Shown here: positions 52,614 through 60,688 of the stretch, piece by piece
Layout of the letters: each line of letters opens with the position of its first letter
How positions within the stretch are numbered: position 1 is the first letter of the stretch
Source: Planctomycetota bacterium
Lineage (GTDB): Bacteria > Planctomycetota > UBA1135 > UBA2386
Length of the DNA stretch: 64,000 bases
Direction: 5' to 3'
Assembly (NCBI GenBank): GCA_020638655.1
Contig: JACKIC010000011.1
Span: forward strand, 40,890 to 104,889
The notes under the pieces: generated by a model
Databases searched by the model: none
What the model saw: only the letters and a program-made list of their open reading frames with translations
What the model was told of the DNA's origin: nothing
Made by a program: the position numbers and the translations under genes

Positions 52614-53380
52614 CCCGCGGGCCGATGCGGTCCGAACAGGCGCACGCCGTTCGCGTGCGTCGCCGCGGCCGCGGCCGGCAGGTCGATGCCGCGCGCGTCC
52701 GCGAGCGCGGCCAGCGTCAGCAGCACGAACGCGGGCTCGTTGCGTTTGCCGCGGTGCTTCTGCGGCGGCAGGAACGGCGCGTCGGTCTCGACGTGGATAC
52801 GATCGAGCGGCGCGAACTTCGCGGCCTCGCGCAGCGCGTCGTTCTTGGGGTAGGTGAGCGGGCCGGCGAACGACAGGTCCAGGCCGAGGTCGAGCGAACG
52901 CCGCGCTTCGTCCTTGCCGCCCGAGAAACAGTGCATCACGCCGCGCACGCGCGGCTCGCTTTCGAGCACCTCGAACAGCGGCGCGAACGCGTCGCGGCAG
53001 TGGAAGATCACCGGCAGGTCGAGCTCGCGCGCCAGCGCCAGGTGCCGGCGCAAGGACTCCCGTTGGCGGTCGAGCGGTGTGCGGTCGCGGAAGCAGTCGA
53101 GCCCGGTCTCGCCGATCGCGGCGCAGTCGGGGCGGCGGGCCAGCGCCTCGATCTCGGCCCACTCGTCGTCGAGACGCGTGGCGTCGTTGGGGTGCAGCCC
53201 GGCGCTCCAGCGCACGCCCGCCAGCCGCGCCGCGAGCTCGCTGGCGGCGCGGCTGCTGGCGGCGTCGATGCCGACCACGCAGAGGTCGGTGACACCGGCG
53301 GCGAGGGCGCGGCCGTGTTCTTCGTCGGGTCCGACCTTGCCGTCGAGGCCGAGGTGGCAGTGGGTGTCGAAGACGCGCAT
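52610..53380 (-). CDS. tatD: TatD-family metal-dependent hydrolase/DNase
   Basis: ATG at 53380. 'FDTHCHL', 'GETGLDCF', 'LPVIFHCRDA', 'GVMHCFSG' and 'VETDAPFL' are present. Confidence 0.88.
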   Translation of the reverse strand: MRVFDTHCHLGLDGKVGPDEEHGRALAAGVTDLCVVGIDAASSRAASELAARLAGVRWSAGLHPNDATRLDDEWAEIEALARRPDCAAIGETGLDCFRDRTPLDRQRESLRRHLALARELDLPVIFHCRDAFAPLFEVLESEPRVRGVMHCFSGGKDEARRSLDLGLDLSFAGPLTYPKNDALREAAKFAPLDRIHVETDAPFLPPQKHRGKRNEPAFVLLTLAALADARGIDLPAAAAATHANGVRLFGPHRPAG

Positions 53381-53466
53381 CGGGGCGAACCTTAGGCGAT
53401 CGCGAATCCTTTGCGCTACCCTGCGATAGGCGCGCCCCGTCGTTCCCCTCGCGCCGCATTCATCCC

Positions 53467-54318
53467 ATGCAGACATCCGCCGCCGTCGCCATCTCCGTCC
53501 TGCTCGCCACCGGTGCCGCCGTGGGCACCAGCCTGCTGCTGCGCCCCGAGGCGCCCGTCGCCCCGTCGACCGCGGTACTCGAGGCCCAGGTCGCCCAGCT
53601 GCTGCAGCAGGTGTCCGAGCTCCAAGCCGCGAATCAGCCCACCTCGGGCGCGGTGGCTGCGCCGGCGAGCGTCTCGCGCAGCGCGGCGCCGCAGGTCTCC
53701 GAGGAGCAGATCGCCGCGGCGGTGGAGGCCTACATGCGCAAGCACGCGGCGATCGGCACAGGGGCCTCTGCCGACGCCGCGGCCGAGTTCGATCTGGACA
53801 AGGAGTTCGACGCGCTGGCCGAGGTCAGCTACTGGCAGAACCCCGAGCTGTGGAAGCGCGCCTTCGCCGCGGGCCGCATGGACGAGGTGCTCGCGAAGTT
53901 CGAAGCGCTCGCGAAGGCCGATCCCAACAGCACCACCGCGCACCTGAACCTCGCGCGGGCCTACATGGCCTATCTGCAGATGGACCAGAGCAAGTGGCAG
54001 CTGTCGATGAAGGCCGACAAGGAATACGACCGCGTGCTCGAGCTCGACGATCACCACTGGGAAGCGCGCTTCACCAAGGCGGTCAGCTACACGTTCTGGC
54101 CGGACTTCCTCGGCAAGAAGAAGGCGGCGATCGAGAACTTCGAGATCCTCGTCAAGCAGCAGGAGCTGCAGCCGCCAACCGATCAGCAGGCGCAGACCTA
54201 TCTGTATCTGGGCAACCTGCTCGAGGCGAGCGACCCGGCGCGGGCGCGTGAGATGTGGCAGCGCGGCGCGGCGCGCCATCCCAACGACGCGGCCCTGCGC
54301 GAGAAGCTGGCCCAATAG
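53467..54318 (+). CDS. signal-anchored TPR-like protein, function unknown
   Basis: N-terminal hydrophobic 'AAVAISVLLATGAAVGTSLLL'. The C-terminal helical repeats include 'AHLNLARAYMAYLQ' and 'YLYLGNLLEASDPARAREMW'. Confidence 0.6.
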   Translation: MQTSAAVAISVLLATGAAVGTSLLLRPEAPVAPSTAVLEAQVAQLLQQVSELQAANQPTSGAVAAPASVSRSAAPQVSEEQIAAAVEAYMRKHAAIGTGASADAAAEFDLDKEFDALAEVSYWQNPELWKRAFAAGRMDEVLAKFEALAKADPNSTTAHLNLARAYMAYLQMDQSKWQLSMKADKEYDRVLELDDHHWEARFTKAVSYTFWPDFLGKKKAAIENFEILVKQQELQPPTDQQAQTYLYLGNLLEASDPARAREMWQRGAARHPNDAALREKLAQ

Positions 54319-54336
54319 CGGACCCTGGCCCGGCGG

Positions 54337-55125
54337 CTACTTGCGCGTGGTCTTCTTGGCGGCCTTCTTGGCCGCCTTCTTGATCGCGGGCTTCTTGATC
54401 GCGGCCTTCTTCAGCGGGCGCGCCGCCGGCAGGACCTTGGCCGCGGCGGCCTTCTTGGCGGGCGGGCGCGGCAGCTTGAGCTTGCGTCCGTGGCGGTCGG
54501 CGTAGTCGCGCACGGCGTCGTGGTTGGTCGCGGCGAGCGCGGTCAGCACCCGGTCGAGCTCGTGGTTGGTCGCGGCGTCGGCGTCGGCGAGCAGCGGCTG
54601 GACCAGCTTCTCGAAGCGCGCGAACAGCGCCGCGTCCGCCGCGACCGCCTGTCGGACCGCGGCGGCCGCCGCGCGGCGCAGCAGCTTGCGCCCCGACTTG
54701 ACGAAGCGCTCGAGGTCCTTCCAGAGCTTCTTGTTGCGGGCGACCAGGTCGCCGAGCGCGCCGTCGGCGAGCGGCCCGACCAGCGGCGCCGCGGTCTCGT
54801 CACCGAGCAGCTTCTCGAGGAACGGCAGGTCGGCCGGTTCGAGCAGCGCGGCGCGCGCCGCGAGGATCTCGACGCCGACTGCGCGCAGCTCGTGGATCTT
54901 GCTGGCCCACAGCGTGCGCACGAACGCGGTCATCTGCGCGCGGCCCATCTGCGGATAGGTCTCGACCAGCGCCAGCGCGGCCGCGCGCACCTCGCTGTCG
55001 GGGGCGCCGAGGCTGGTGACCTCGCCGCCGAGTTCCTGCTGCCGCGCCGCCGCGGCGGTCGGAGAGCCTACCGCGGTGAGCCGCTGCCGCAGCAGCGACT
55101 GCTCGCGTCCGAAGTTCATGCTCAT
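54337..55125 (-). CDS. AlkD-like (DNA alkylation repair, HEAT-repeat) protein with a Lys/Ala-rich C-terminal tail
   Basis: The ATG at 55125 overlaps the CBS stop (ATGA). 'TLWASKIHELRAVGVEIL' and 'LPFLEKLL' resemble the DNA_alkylation family. The tail is 'AKKAAAAKV...KKAAIKKPAIKKAAKKAAKKTTRK'. Confidence 0.5.
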   Translation of the reverse strand: MSMNFGREQSLLRQRLTAVGSPTAAAARQQELGGEVTSLGAPDSEVRAAALALVETYPQMGRAQMTAFVRTLWASKIHELRAVGVEILAARAALLEPADLPFLEKLLGDETAAPLVGPLADGALGDLVARNKKLWKDLERFVKSGRKLLRRAAAAAVRQAVAADAALFARFEKLVQPLLADADAATNHELDRVLTALAATNHDAVRDYADRHGRKLKLPRPPAKKAAAAKVLPAARPLKKAAIKKPAIKKAAKKAAKKTTRK

Positions 55126-56483
55126 ACGTTGGGCTTGCGCGTCAGGTATTCGATGAGGTCGAGCTTGGTGACGAGGCCGCGCACGACCCGCTCGTCGTCG
55201 ACGACGAGCGCGACCTCGCCGCGTTCGAAGATGGCCGTGAGCTCGCTGGTGGGGGCGTGCGGCGCGATCGTCGAGACCTTGCGTTCCATCACCTCGGCGA
55301 TCGAGGTCTTGGCGCTCGCGGCGCCCTCGACGAGCACGCGCAGCGCGTCGGCCTCGGTCAAGATGCCCGCCAGCTTGCCGTGGTCGGTGACCGGCACCTG
55401 CGAGAAGCCACGCTCCTTGAACAGGGTGACCGCCTGCGACAGCGGCGCCGCGATGTCGACGGTCACGACCTCGCGCGGCGGCATGGCGCGCAGCAGTTCG
55501 CTGATCGTGCCGATCGCCCAGTCCTCCTCGAGGAAGCCGTTCTCGCGCATCCAGCGGTCGTCGACGAACTTGGTCAGGTAGTTGCGGATGCCGTCGGAGA
55601 GCACGCACAGGATGCGCGCGCCCTTGGGGAAGTCCTTGGCGACCTGCATCGCGGCCCACACGGCGGAGCCGCACGAGCCGCCGACCAGCAGGCCTTCCTG
55701 GCGGATCAGCTGGCGCGCGACGCGGAAGCTGTCCTTGTCGTTGCTCTTGATCCAGCGGTCGACGAGGTCGCGGTCGAGCACGTCGGGGATGAAGTCGTAG
55801 CCGATGCCTTCGACCTTGTAGCTCTTGATCGGACCGGGGCCGGCGAGGATCGAGCCCTCGGGGTCGACGCCGATGATCTGGCAGTCGGGGATGCGCTTCT
55901 TCACGGCGCGGGCGACGCCCGTGATGGTGCCGCCGGTGCCGGCGGTCATCACCACCGCGGCGAGGTTGTTGTCGGTCTGCTCGCAGATCTCGACGCCGGT
56001 GCCTTCTTCGTGGGCAAGCGGGTTGGACGGGTTGCCGTACTGGTCGAGGATGTGCGCGTTGGGGATCACGTCGCGCAGGCGCCGGGCGACGCCGATGTGG
56101 CTCTCCGGCGCGTCCCAGGCCGCTTCGGTGGGGGTGCGGATGATCTCCGCGCCCAGGGCTTCGAGCACGACCTGCTTCTCGCGCGACATCTTCTCGGGCA
56201 TCGTGATGATCACGCGGTAGCCGCGCACCGCGGCCGCCAGGGCCAGGCCGATGCCGGTGTTGCCCGAGGTGGGCTCGATCAGGGTGTCGCCGGGCTTGAT
56301 CCGACCCTCCTTCTCGGCGTCGAGCAGCATGCGCACGCCGATGCGGTCCTTGACGGAGCCGCCCGGGTTCATGAATTCACACTTGCCCAGCAGTTCCTGC
56401 GGCAGGTGGCGGCCGATGCGGGAGAGGCGGACGACGGGGGTGGAGCCGACGGTCGTCAGAATCGAATCGTGAATGCGACCCAT
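55122..56483 (-). CDS. cystathionine beta-synthase (PLP domain plus C-terminal CBS pair)
   Basis: ATG at 56483. 'CEFMNPGGSVKDRIG', 'IEPTSGNTGIGLA' and 'GTGGTITG' are present, followed by two CBS motifs ('FSQVPVTDHGKLAGILTE', 'GEVALVVDDERVVRGLVT'). Confidence 0.88.
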   Translation of the reverse strand: MGRIHDSILTTVGSTPVVRLSRIGRHLPQELLGKCEFMNPGGSVKDRIGVRMLLDAEKEGRIKPGDTLIEPTSGNTGIGLALAAAVRGYRVIITMPEKMSREKQVVLEALGAEIIRTPTEAAWDAPESHIGVARRLRDVIPNAHILDQYGNPSNPLAHEEGTGVEICEQTDNNLAAVVMTAGTGGTITGVARAVKKRIPDCQIIGVDPEGSILAGPGPIKSYKVEGIGYDFIPDVLDRDLVDRWIKSNDKDSFRVARQLIRQEGLLVGGSCGSAVWAAMQVAKDFPKGARILCVLSDGIRNYLTKFVDDRWMRENGFLEEDWAIGTISELLRAMPPREVVTVDIAAPLSQAVTLFKERGFSQVPVTDHGKLAGILTEADALRVLVEGAASAKTSIAEVMERKVSTIAPHAPTSELTAIFERGEVALVVDDERVVRGLVTKLDLIEYLTRKPNV

Positions 56484-56521
56484 GTCCCGCTGATTCAAGC
56501 AGGCGGGGCCGGCGAAGGGAA

Positions 56522-58231
56522 ATGCGCGTTCCGGCCTTGTCCAATGGTTGTTCGATGCGCATCGTTGCTCGGCCCGTGAACGAGCCCGAGAAGCCAGCAG
56601 ATCCGACCCCGCCGGTGTCCGCACCGGTCCCCGCACCCGTCGCCGCGTCGGCGCCTGCTGCGCCGCGCCCCGACGCCGGCAGCCGCTCTTCAGAATCCGG
56701 TTCTTCCGAGTCCGGTTCTTCCGAGTCCGGTTCTTCCGAGTCCGGCGAGCGGGCCGAGTCCGCGGATCCCGAGCAGTCCGGCGGTGCCGCGCCGGGCGGT
56801 GACGACACCGGCGGCGAGCGCAAGCGCCGTCGCCGTCGCCGCCGCCGCAAGGGCCGCGCCGAAGGTGAGGGTGGCGACGCGCCCGAGGGCGGTGAAGCGG
56901 CGCAGGGTGACGGTGCGGCTGGGCGCCCGCAACGCCCCGAGCGTGCACGTCAGGAGCGCCAGCGCGATCGCCAGCGCCCCGATCGACAGCACCCCGATCG
57001 ACAGCGCCCCGACAAGCGGCCGCGCCGCGACTCCAACCACCACGCCGTCGAGGCCGTGCGCTCGCTCGCCGAGATGGCGCAGGCGCTGCTGCGCATCGAA
57101 GGCGTCGAGCCGCTGGCGATGCCGCGCTACCTCGACCTGCACCTGCGCGTGCCGATCGACGGCGGCAACGACATCCGTCACGCCGCCAGCACCGCCGTCG
57201 AGCAGATCCTCAAGCGCGTGCGCGAGGTCCGGGAGCACGAGAAGGCGCTGCGCCCCGGCGCGGTCTACTGCTACTTCAACGGCTCCTCCTCGGCCGAAGG
57301 CACGCGCCCGACCGAGCCGCGGCAGATCTTCGAGGGCTACAGCTCGACCGGCAAGCCGGTGTTCGCCGACTTCGTGACGATGGCGATCGAGCGCAAGGAC
57401 CCGGGCATCGACCGGCTGCTCGCGGGCGAGGAGCTGGTGCTCACGCGGGTCTCGATGGGGCGCGTGTTGCGCACCCAGCAGCTGGCCGAGTTCGGCGGCG
57501 AGTCGCCGGTGTACCGGATCCTCGGGCAGGTCGATGCCGGCCTGTTCAAGGTGCTCGGCGCCGCGGGCAAGTGCGCGTTCAGCTTCCAGCTGCTGCGCGG
57601 CACCACGCTCGAGGGCCGCATCCGGCTGCGTCTGCACGCGGTCGGCGCGGTCGATCCGATGGACCTCGCCGACCCCGCGGTGATGCAGATCGTCAGCCGC
57701 TTCCAGCGGCGGCTCGACACCGAGGCGCTGCGCCTCGAGGGCCAGAGCAAGGTCGAGAACGACGGCAAGGACGCGACGGGCAAGCCGGCTGAGATCGACG
57801 AGGAGTCGTTCGTGCGGCCGCTGCTCGAGGACTTCGCGCGGCAGCTCGAGCACCGTTCGCGCAACACCGGGCGGCGCACCCAGCACGGCCTCGAACGCAG
57901 CGAGACGGGCCAGCGGCCGACCTCGCGCGCCTACCCCGACGCGGGCGAGGCCAGCGACGACTCGATCCTCTGGGACATCGACCAGGCGACGATCGTCGTG
58001 GTCGCGCCGAAGGGGCGCGTGCACGTGTTCACCCCGGACGGCAAGCACATCACGTCGGTGGTGATGCAGGGCGACGCGATCGGCCGCCGCCGCAACATGG
58101 GGCGCTGGCGCCTGGCCGAGCCCGAGGAGCGCGGCGAGTTCCGCATCCACGTGCGCCGGCTGGTCGCGGCCGGCGAGGACCAGACCACGAGCGAGGCGCC
58201 GCTGGTGCCGCCGCCGGCCGCTGCGGAGTGA
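56522..58231 (+). CDS. hypothetical protein with a disordered Pro/Ser/Arg-rich N-terminal region
   Basis: The start is uncertain: ATG 56522 or ATG 56555. It contains the '(GSSES)x3' repeat, 'ERKRRRRRRRRKG' and 'RQRDRQRPDRQHPDRQRPDKRPRRD', then a domain of about 400 aa with no motif I recognise. Confidence 0.6.
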   Translation: MRVPALSNGCSMRIVARPVNEPEKPADPTPPVSAPVPAPVAASAPAAPRPDAGSRSSESGSSESGSSESGSSESGERAESADPEQSGGAAPGGDDTGGERKRRRRRRRRKGRAEGEGGDAPEGGEAAQGDGAAGRPQRPERARQERQRDRQRPDRQHPDRQRPDKRPRRDSNHHAVEAVRSLAEMAQALLRIEGVEPLAMPRYLDLHLRVPIDGGNDIRHAASTAVEQILKRVREVREHEKALRPGAVYCYFNGSSSAEGTRPTEPRQIFEGYSSTGKPVFADFVTMAIERKDPGIDRLLAGEELVLTRVSMGRVLRTQQLAEFGGESPVYRILGQVDAGLFKVLGAAGKCAFSFQLLRGTTLEGRIRLRLHAVGAVDPMDLADPAVMQIVSRFQRRLDTEALRLEGQSKVENDGKDATGKPAEIDEESFVRPLLEDFARQLEHRSRNTGRRTQHGLERSETGQRPTSRAYPDAGEASDDSILWDIDQATIVVVAPKGRVHVFTPDGKHITSVVMQGDAIGRRRNMGRWRLAEPEERGEFRIHVRRLVAAGEDQTTSEAPLVPPPAAAE

Positions 58232-58238
58232 GCGCGCG

Positions 58239-58790
58239 GTGACCACCCAACCGTCCAGCGCGCCGCCGCGCATCGGCATCGTCACTGTCAGCGATCGCGC
58301 CAGTCAGGGCGTGTACGCCGACGAGTCGGGGCCGGCGATCGAGGCGGCGCTGCGCGACTACCTGGCCACGCCGTGTACGTTCGACGTGCGCCTCGTCGCC
58401 GACGAACGCGACGCGATCGCCACGCTGCTGCGCGACCTCGCCGAAGCCGGCTGCTGTCTGATCTGCACCACGGGTGGCACCGGGCCGGCGCCGCGCGACG
58501 TCACCCCCGAGGCGATCGCCGACGTCTGCACCAAGGAACTGCCCGGCTTCGGCGAGCAGATGCGCGCCGCGTCGCTGCGCGCCGGGGTGCCGACCGCGAT
58601 CCTGTCGCGGCAGACCGCGGCGATCCTCGACCGCGCGCTGGTGGTGACGCTGCCCGGCAAGCCGGCCTCGATCCGCGTCTGCCTCGACGCGGTGTTCCCC
58701 GCGATTCCCTACTGCATCGATCTGATCGGCGGTCCGCGCCTCGAAGGCAATCCCGAGGTCGTCGCCGTGTTTCGCCCCAAGGGCAAGTGA
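58239..58790 (+). CDS. mogA: molybdopterin adenylyltransferase MogA
   Basis: GTG start. 'IGIVTVSDRAS' and 'ICTTGGTGPAPRDVTPEA' are MoCF biosynthesis signatures. Confidence 0.85.
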   Translation: MTTQPSSAPPRIGIVTVSDRASQGVYADESGPAIEAALRDYLATPCTFDVRLVADERDAIATLLRDLAEAGCCLICTTGGTGPAPRDVTPEAIADVCTKELPGFGEQMRAASLRAGVPTAILSRQTAAILDRALVVTLPGKPASIRVCLDAVFPAIPYCIDLIGGPRLEGNPEVVAVFRPKGK

Positions 58791-58796
58791 TCTGCG

Positions 58797-59261
58797 ATGA
58801 CCGTGACCACCAAGGAACAGTTCGTCTCCCTGCTCGCGCCGGTGGCGGCGGAACTGCGCGCCGTCGACGTCGACGCCGCGGATGCTGCGGCGCAGGCCGA
58901 GCGCGCCGCCGCGTTCACCGGCGCGGCGATCACGGCGCTGCGCGCCGCCGCGGTCGCCAACATCGACTCCGACTGGCTGCTGCCCAAGGCCGCGAACGGC
59001 ATCCGCTTCGGCCGCGTCGCCAAGGACCTGTCCGGGTTCGTCGTCGACGCGGTGCTGATGGACGTGCCCGGTCCGCGTCATCGCCACCCCAACGGCGAGA
59101 TCGACCTGTGCTTCGCGACCGCCGGCGAGCCGCGCTTCGACGACCACCCCGAAGGCTGGGTCGTCTACGGCAAGGACACCACGCACGTGCCGACGGTCAG
59201 CGGCGGCACGATGCTGATCCTCTACTTCCTGCCCGGCGGCGCGATCGAGTTCCTGGGCTGA
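58797..59261 (+). CDS. small conserved hypothetical (DUF4863-like, from memory)
   Basis: 154 aa. 'GPRHRHPNGEIDLCF' and 'GWVVYGKDTTHVPTVSGG' are present. The family assignment rests on recollection only. Confidence 0.45.
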   Translation: MTVTTKEQFVSLLAPVAAELRAVDVDAADAAAQAERAAAFTGAAITALRAAAVANIDSDWLLPKAANGIRFGRVAKDLSGFVVDAVLMDVPGPRHRHPNGEIDLCFATAGEPRFDDHPEGWVVYGKDTTHVPTVSGGTMLILYFLPGGAIEFLG

Positions 59262-59284
59262 GCCTGCGAGAGCGGGCGGCTCAG
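59256..59284. terminator. hairpin spanning both stop codons of convergent genes
   Basis: 8-bp stem gctgagcc/ggctcagc with a 13-nt loop, lying between the 58797-59261 (+) and 59281-60297 (-) genes. Confidence 0.3.
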
Positions 59285-60297
59285 CGGTACTTGGCGAGCA
59301 GCGCGTTGGCGTGCTTGGCGACCGACTCGGTCGAGGCCGCCTTCAACGCCTCTTCGAAGAACGGCACCGCGGCGGCGCCCTGGATCGAATCGAGCGCGTC
59401 GAGGCACTTGTTCAGGAAGATCGGGTCTTCGACGCGGCCCGGCGGGTTCTTGAACAGGCGCTCGATCGGCTCGATGGCCTTCTGCGACTTGATCCGGCCG
59501 AGCTCTTCGACGCACTCCTTGAGCGTCGGCGAGTCGTGCTCGGTGCGGCCGATCACCATCAGCAGCGTGTCCTCCATCTTGGGGTCCTCGCTGCGGATGT
59601 AGTGCACGACGAAGTTGAAGAAGCCCGACGCCGAGCCGGCGGTCTGGTCGGGGATCGGCAGGTTGTAGGCCGCGGCCCGCTCGAGGTTGACGCCGCGCGC
59701 CGACTCGGTCTCGAGGATCTGCCGCAGCAGCTGCTGGGCGAGGGGCTTGTCGTGCGCGATCAGCCGGTCGGCGGCGAGCCAGCGCAGGCGGGCCGAGGGC
59801 AGCAGCGTTCCCTGCAGCACCTGCTTGAGCAGTTCGCTGCCGGCCTTGGGGTCGACGCGCACCGCGGCTTCGAGCAGCCACTTGAGCTCGTCGAAGTTCT
59901 TGTCGGCCTTGAGTTCGCCGATGCGGCCGCGGATGAACGGCCAGGCGTCGTGGCCCATCGTCTCGAAGGCGCGCAGGATCGCCTCCATCTCCTCTTGCGC
60001 GTTCTTGTAGTCGGGCGCCGTGGTGCGCGCGCTGACGAGCATCGGGGCGTAGGCGCGCAGCTTGGCGAGCAGGCCCTCGGGTCCCTTCTGGTCGGAGCGC
60101 TGCTCGAGGCGGATGCGCGTGATCTCCGCGTAGATGTCCTCGAGCTGCTTGTGGCTGGCGGCCTCGGCGTCGGCGAGTCGCTGCAGTTGTTCGGACTGGC
60201 GCCACGTGACGGCGGTCGCGGCCACCAGGGCGACGACGGTCAGCCCGCACAGGGTCGCGAGCAGGCGGGAGTGGGGGGGCGAGGTGCGTTCGGTCAT
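59281..60297 (-). CDS. membrane-anchored helical-repeat (HEAT-like) hypothetical protein
   Basis: 338 aa. TM segment 'LLATLCGLTVVALVAATAV' is followed by a coiled coil and alpha-helical repeats. No catalytic motif was seen. Confidence 0.6.
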   Translation of the reverse strand: MTERTSPPHSRLLATLCGLTVVALVAATAVTWRQSEQLQRLADAEAASHKQLEDIYAEITRIRLEQRSDQKGPEGLLAKLRAYAPMLVSARTTAPDYKNAQEEMEAILRAFETMGHDAWPFIRGRIGELKADKNFDELKWLLEAAVRVDPKAGSELLKQVLQGTLLPSARLRWLAADRLIAHDKPLAQQLLRQILETESARGVNLERAAAYNLPIPDQTAGSASGFFNFVVHYIRSEDPKMEDTLLMVIGRTEHDSPTLKECVEELGRIKSQKAIEPIERLFKNPPGRVEDPIFLNKCLDALDSIQGAAAVPFFEEALKAASTESVAKHANALLAKYR

Positions 60298-60688
60298 CGG
60301 GGACGAAGGTATTGAGCGGATCTGTGTTCGTCACCTGATGTTCGAAGTCGAACACCCGGCGTGCCGGAGTGCACCCGCTCACTCCCTCGTGCGGTCTCGC
60401 GCAAAACGCCTCCCCCAAGCTGGAAGCGTCGATGGTACAGGCGCTTGGGATCGTTATTGGGGATGGGGCACGGGCGGCGGTCGGGCGGCATGGAAATTGT
60501 CCTCCGCGCCAGTTGCGGTGGCCCGGGAGGGCTCCCCGCACGCAGCATGGCAGGACAGGCCAGCCTTGCAGGTCAGGCTGCGGTATGGTTTCCTACACGA
60601 CCCTCGCATCCCCGTCTGTGGCACCACTTTGCCCTCCCGTGGTGCCGCGGTCAGGTTTCGACCCCTCCCTCTTCGATACGAGGCCTAC

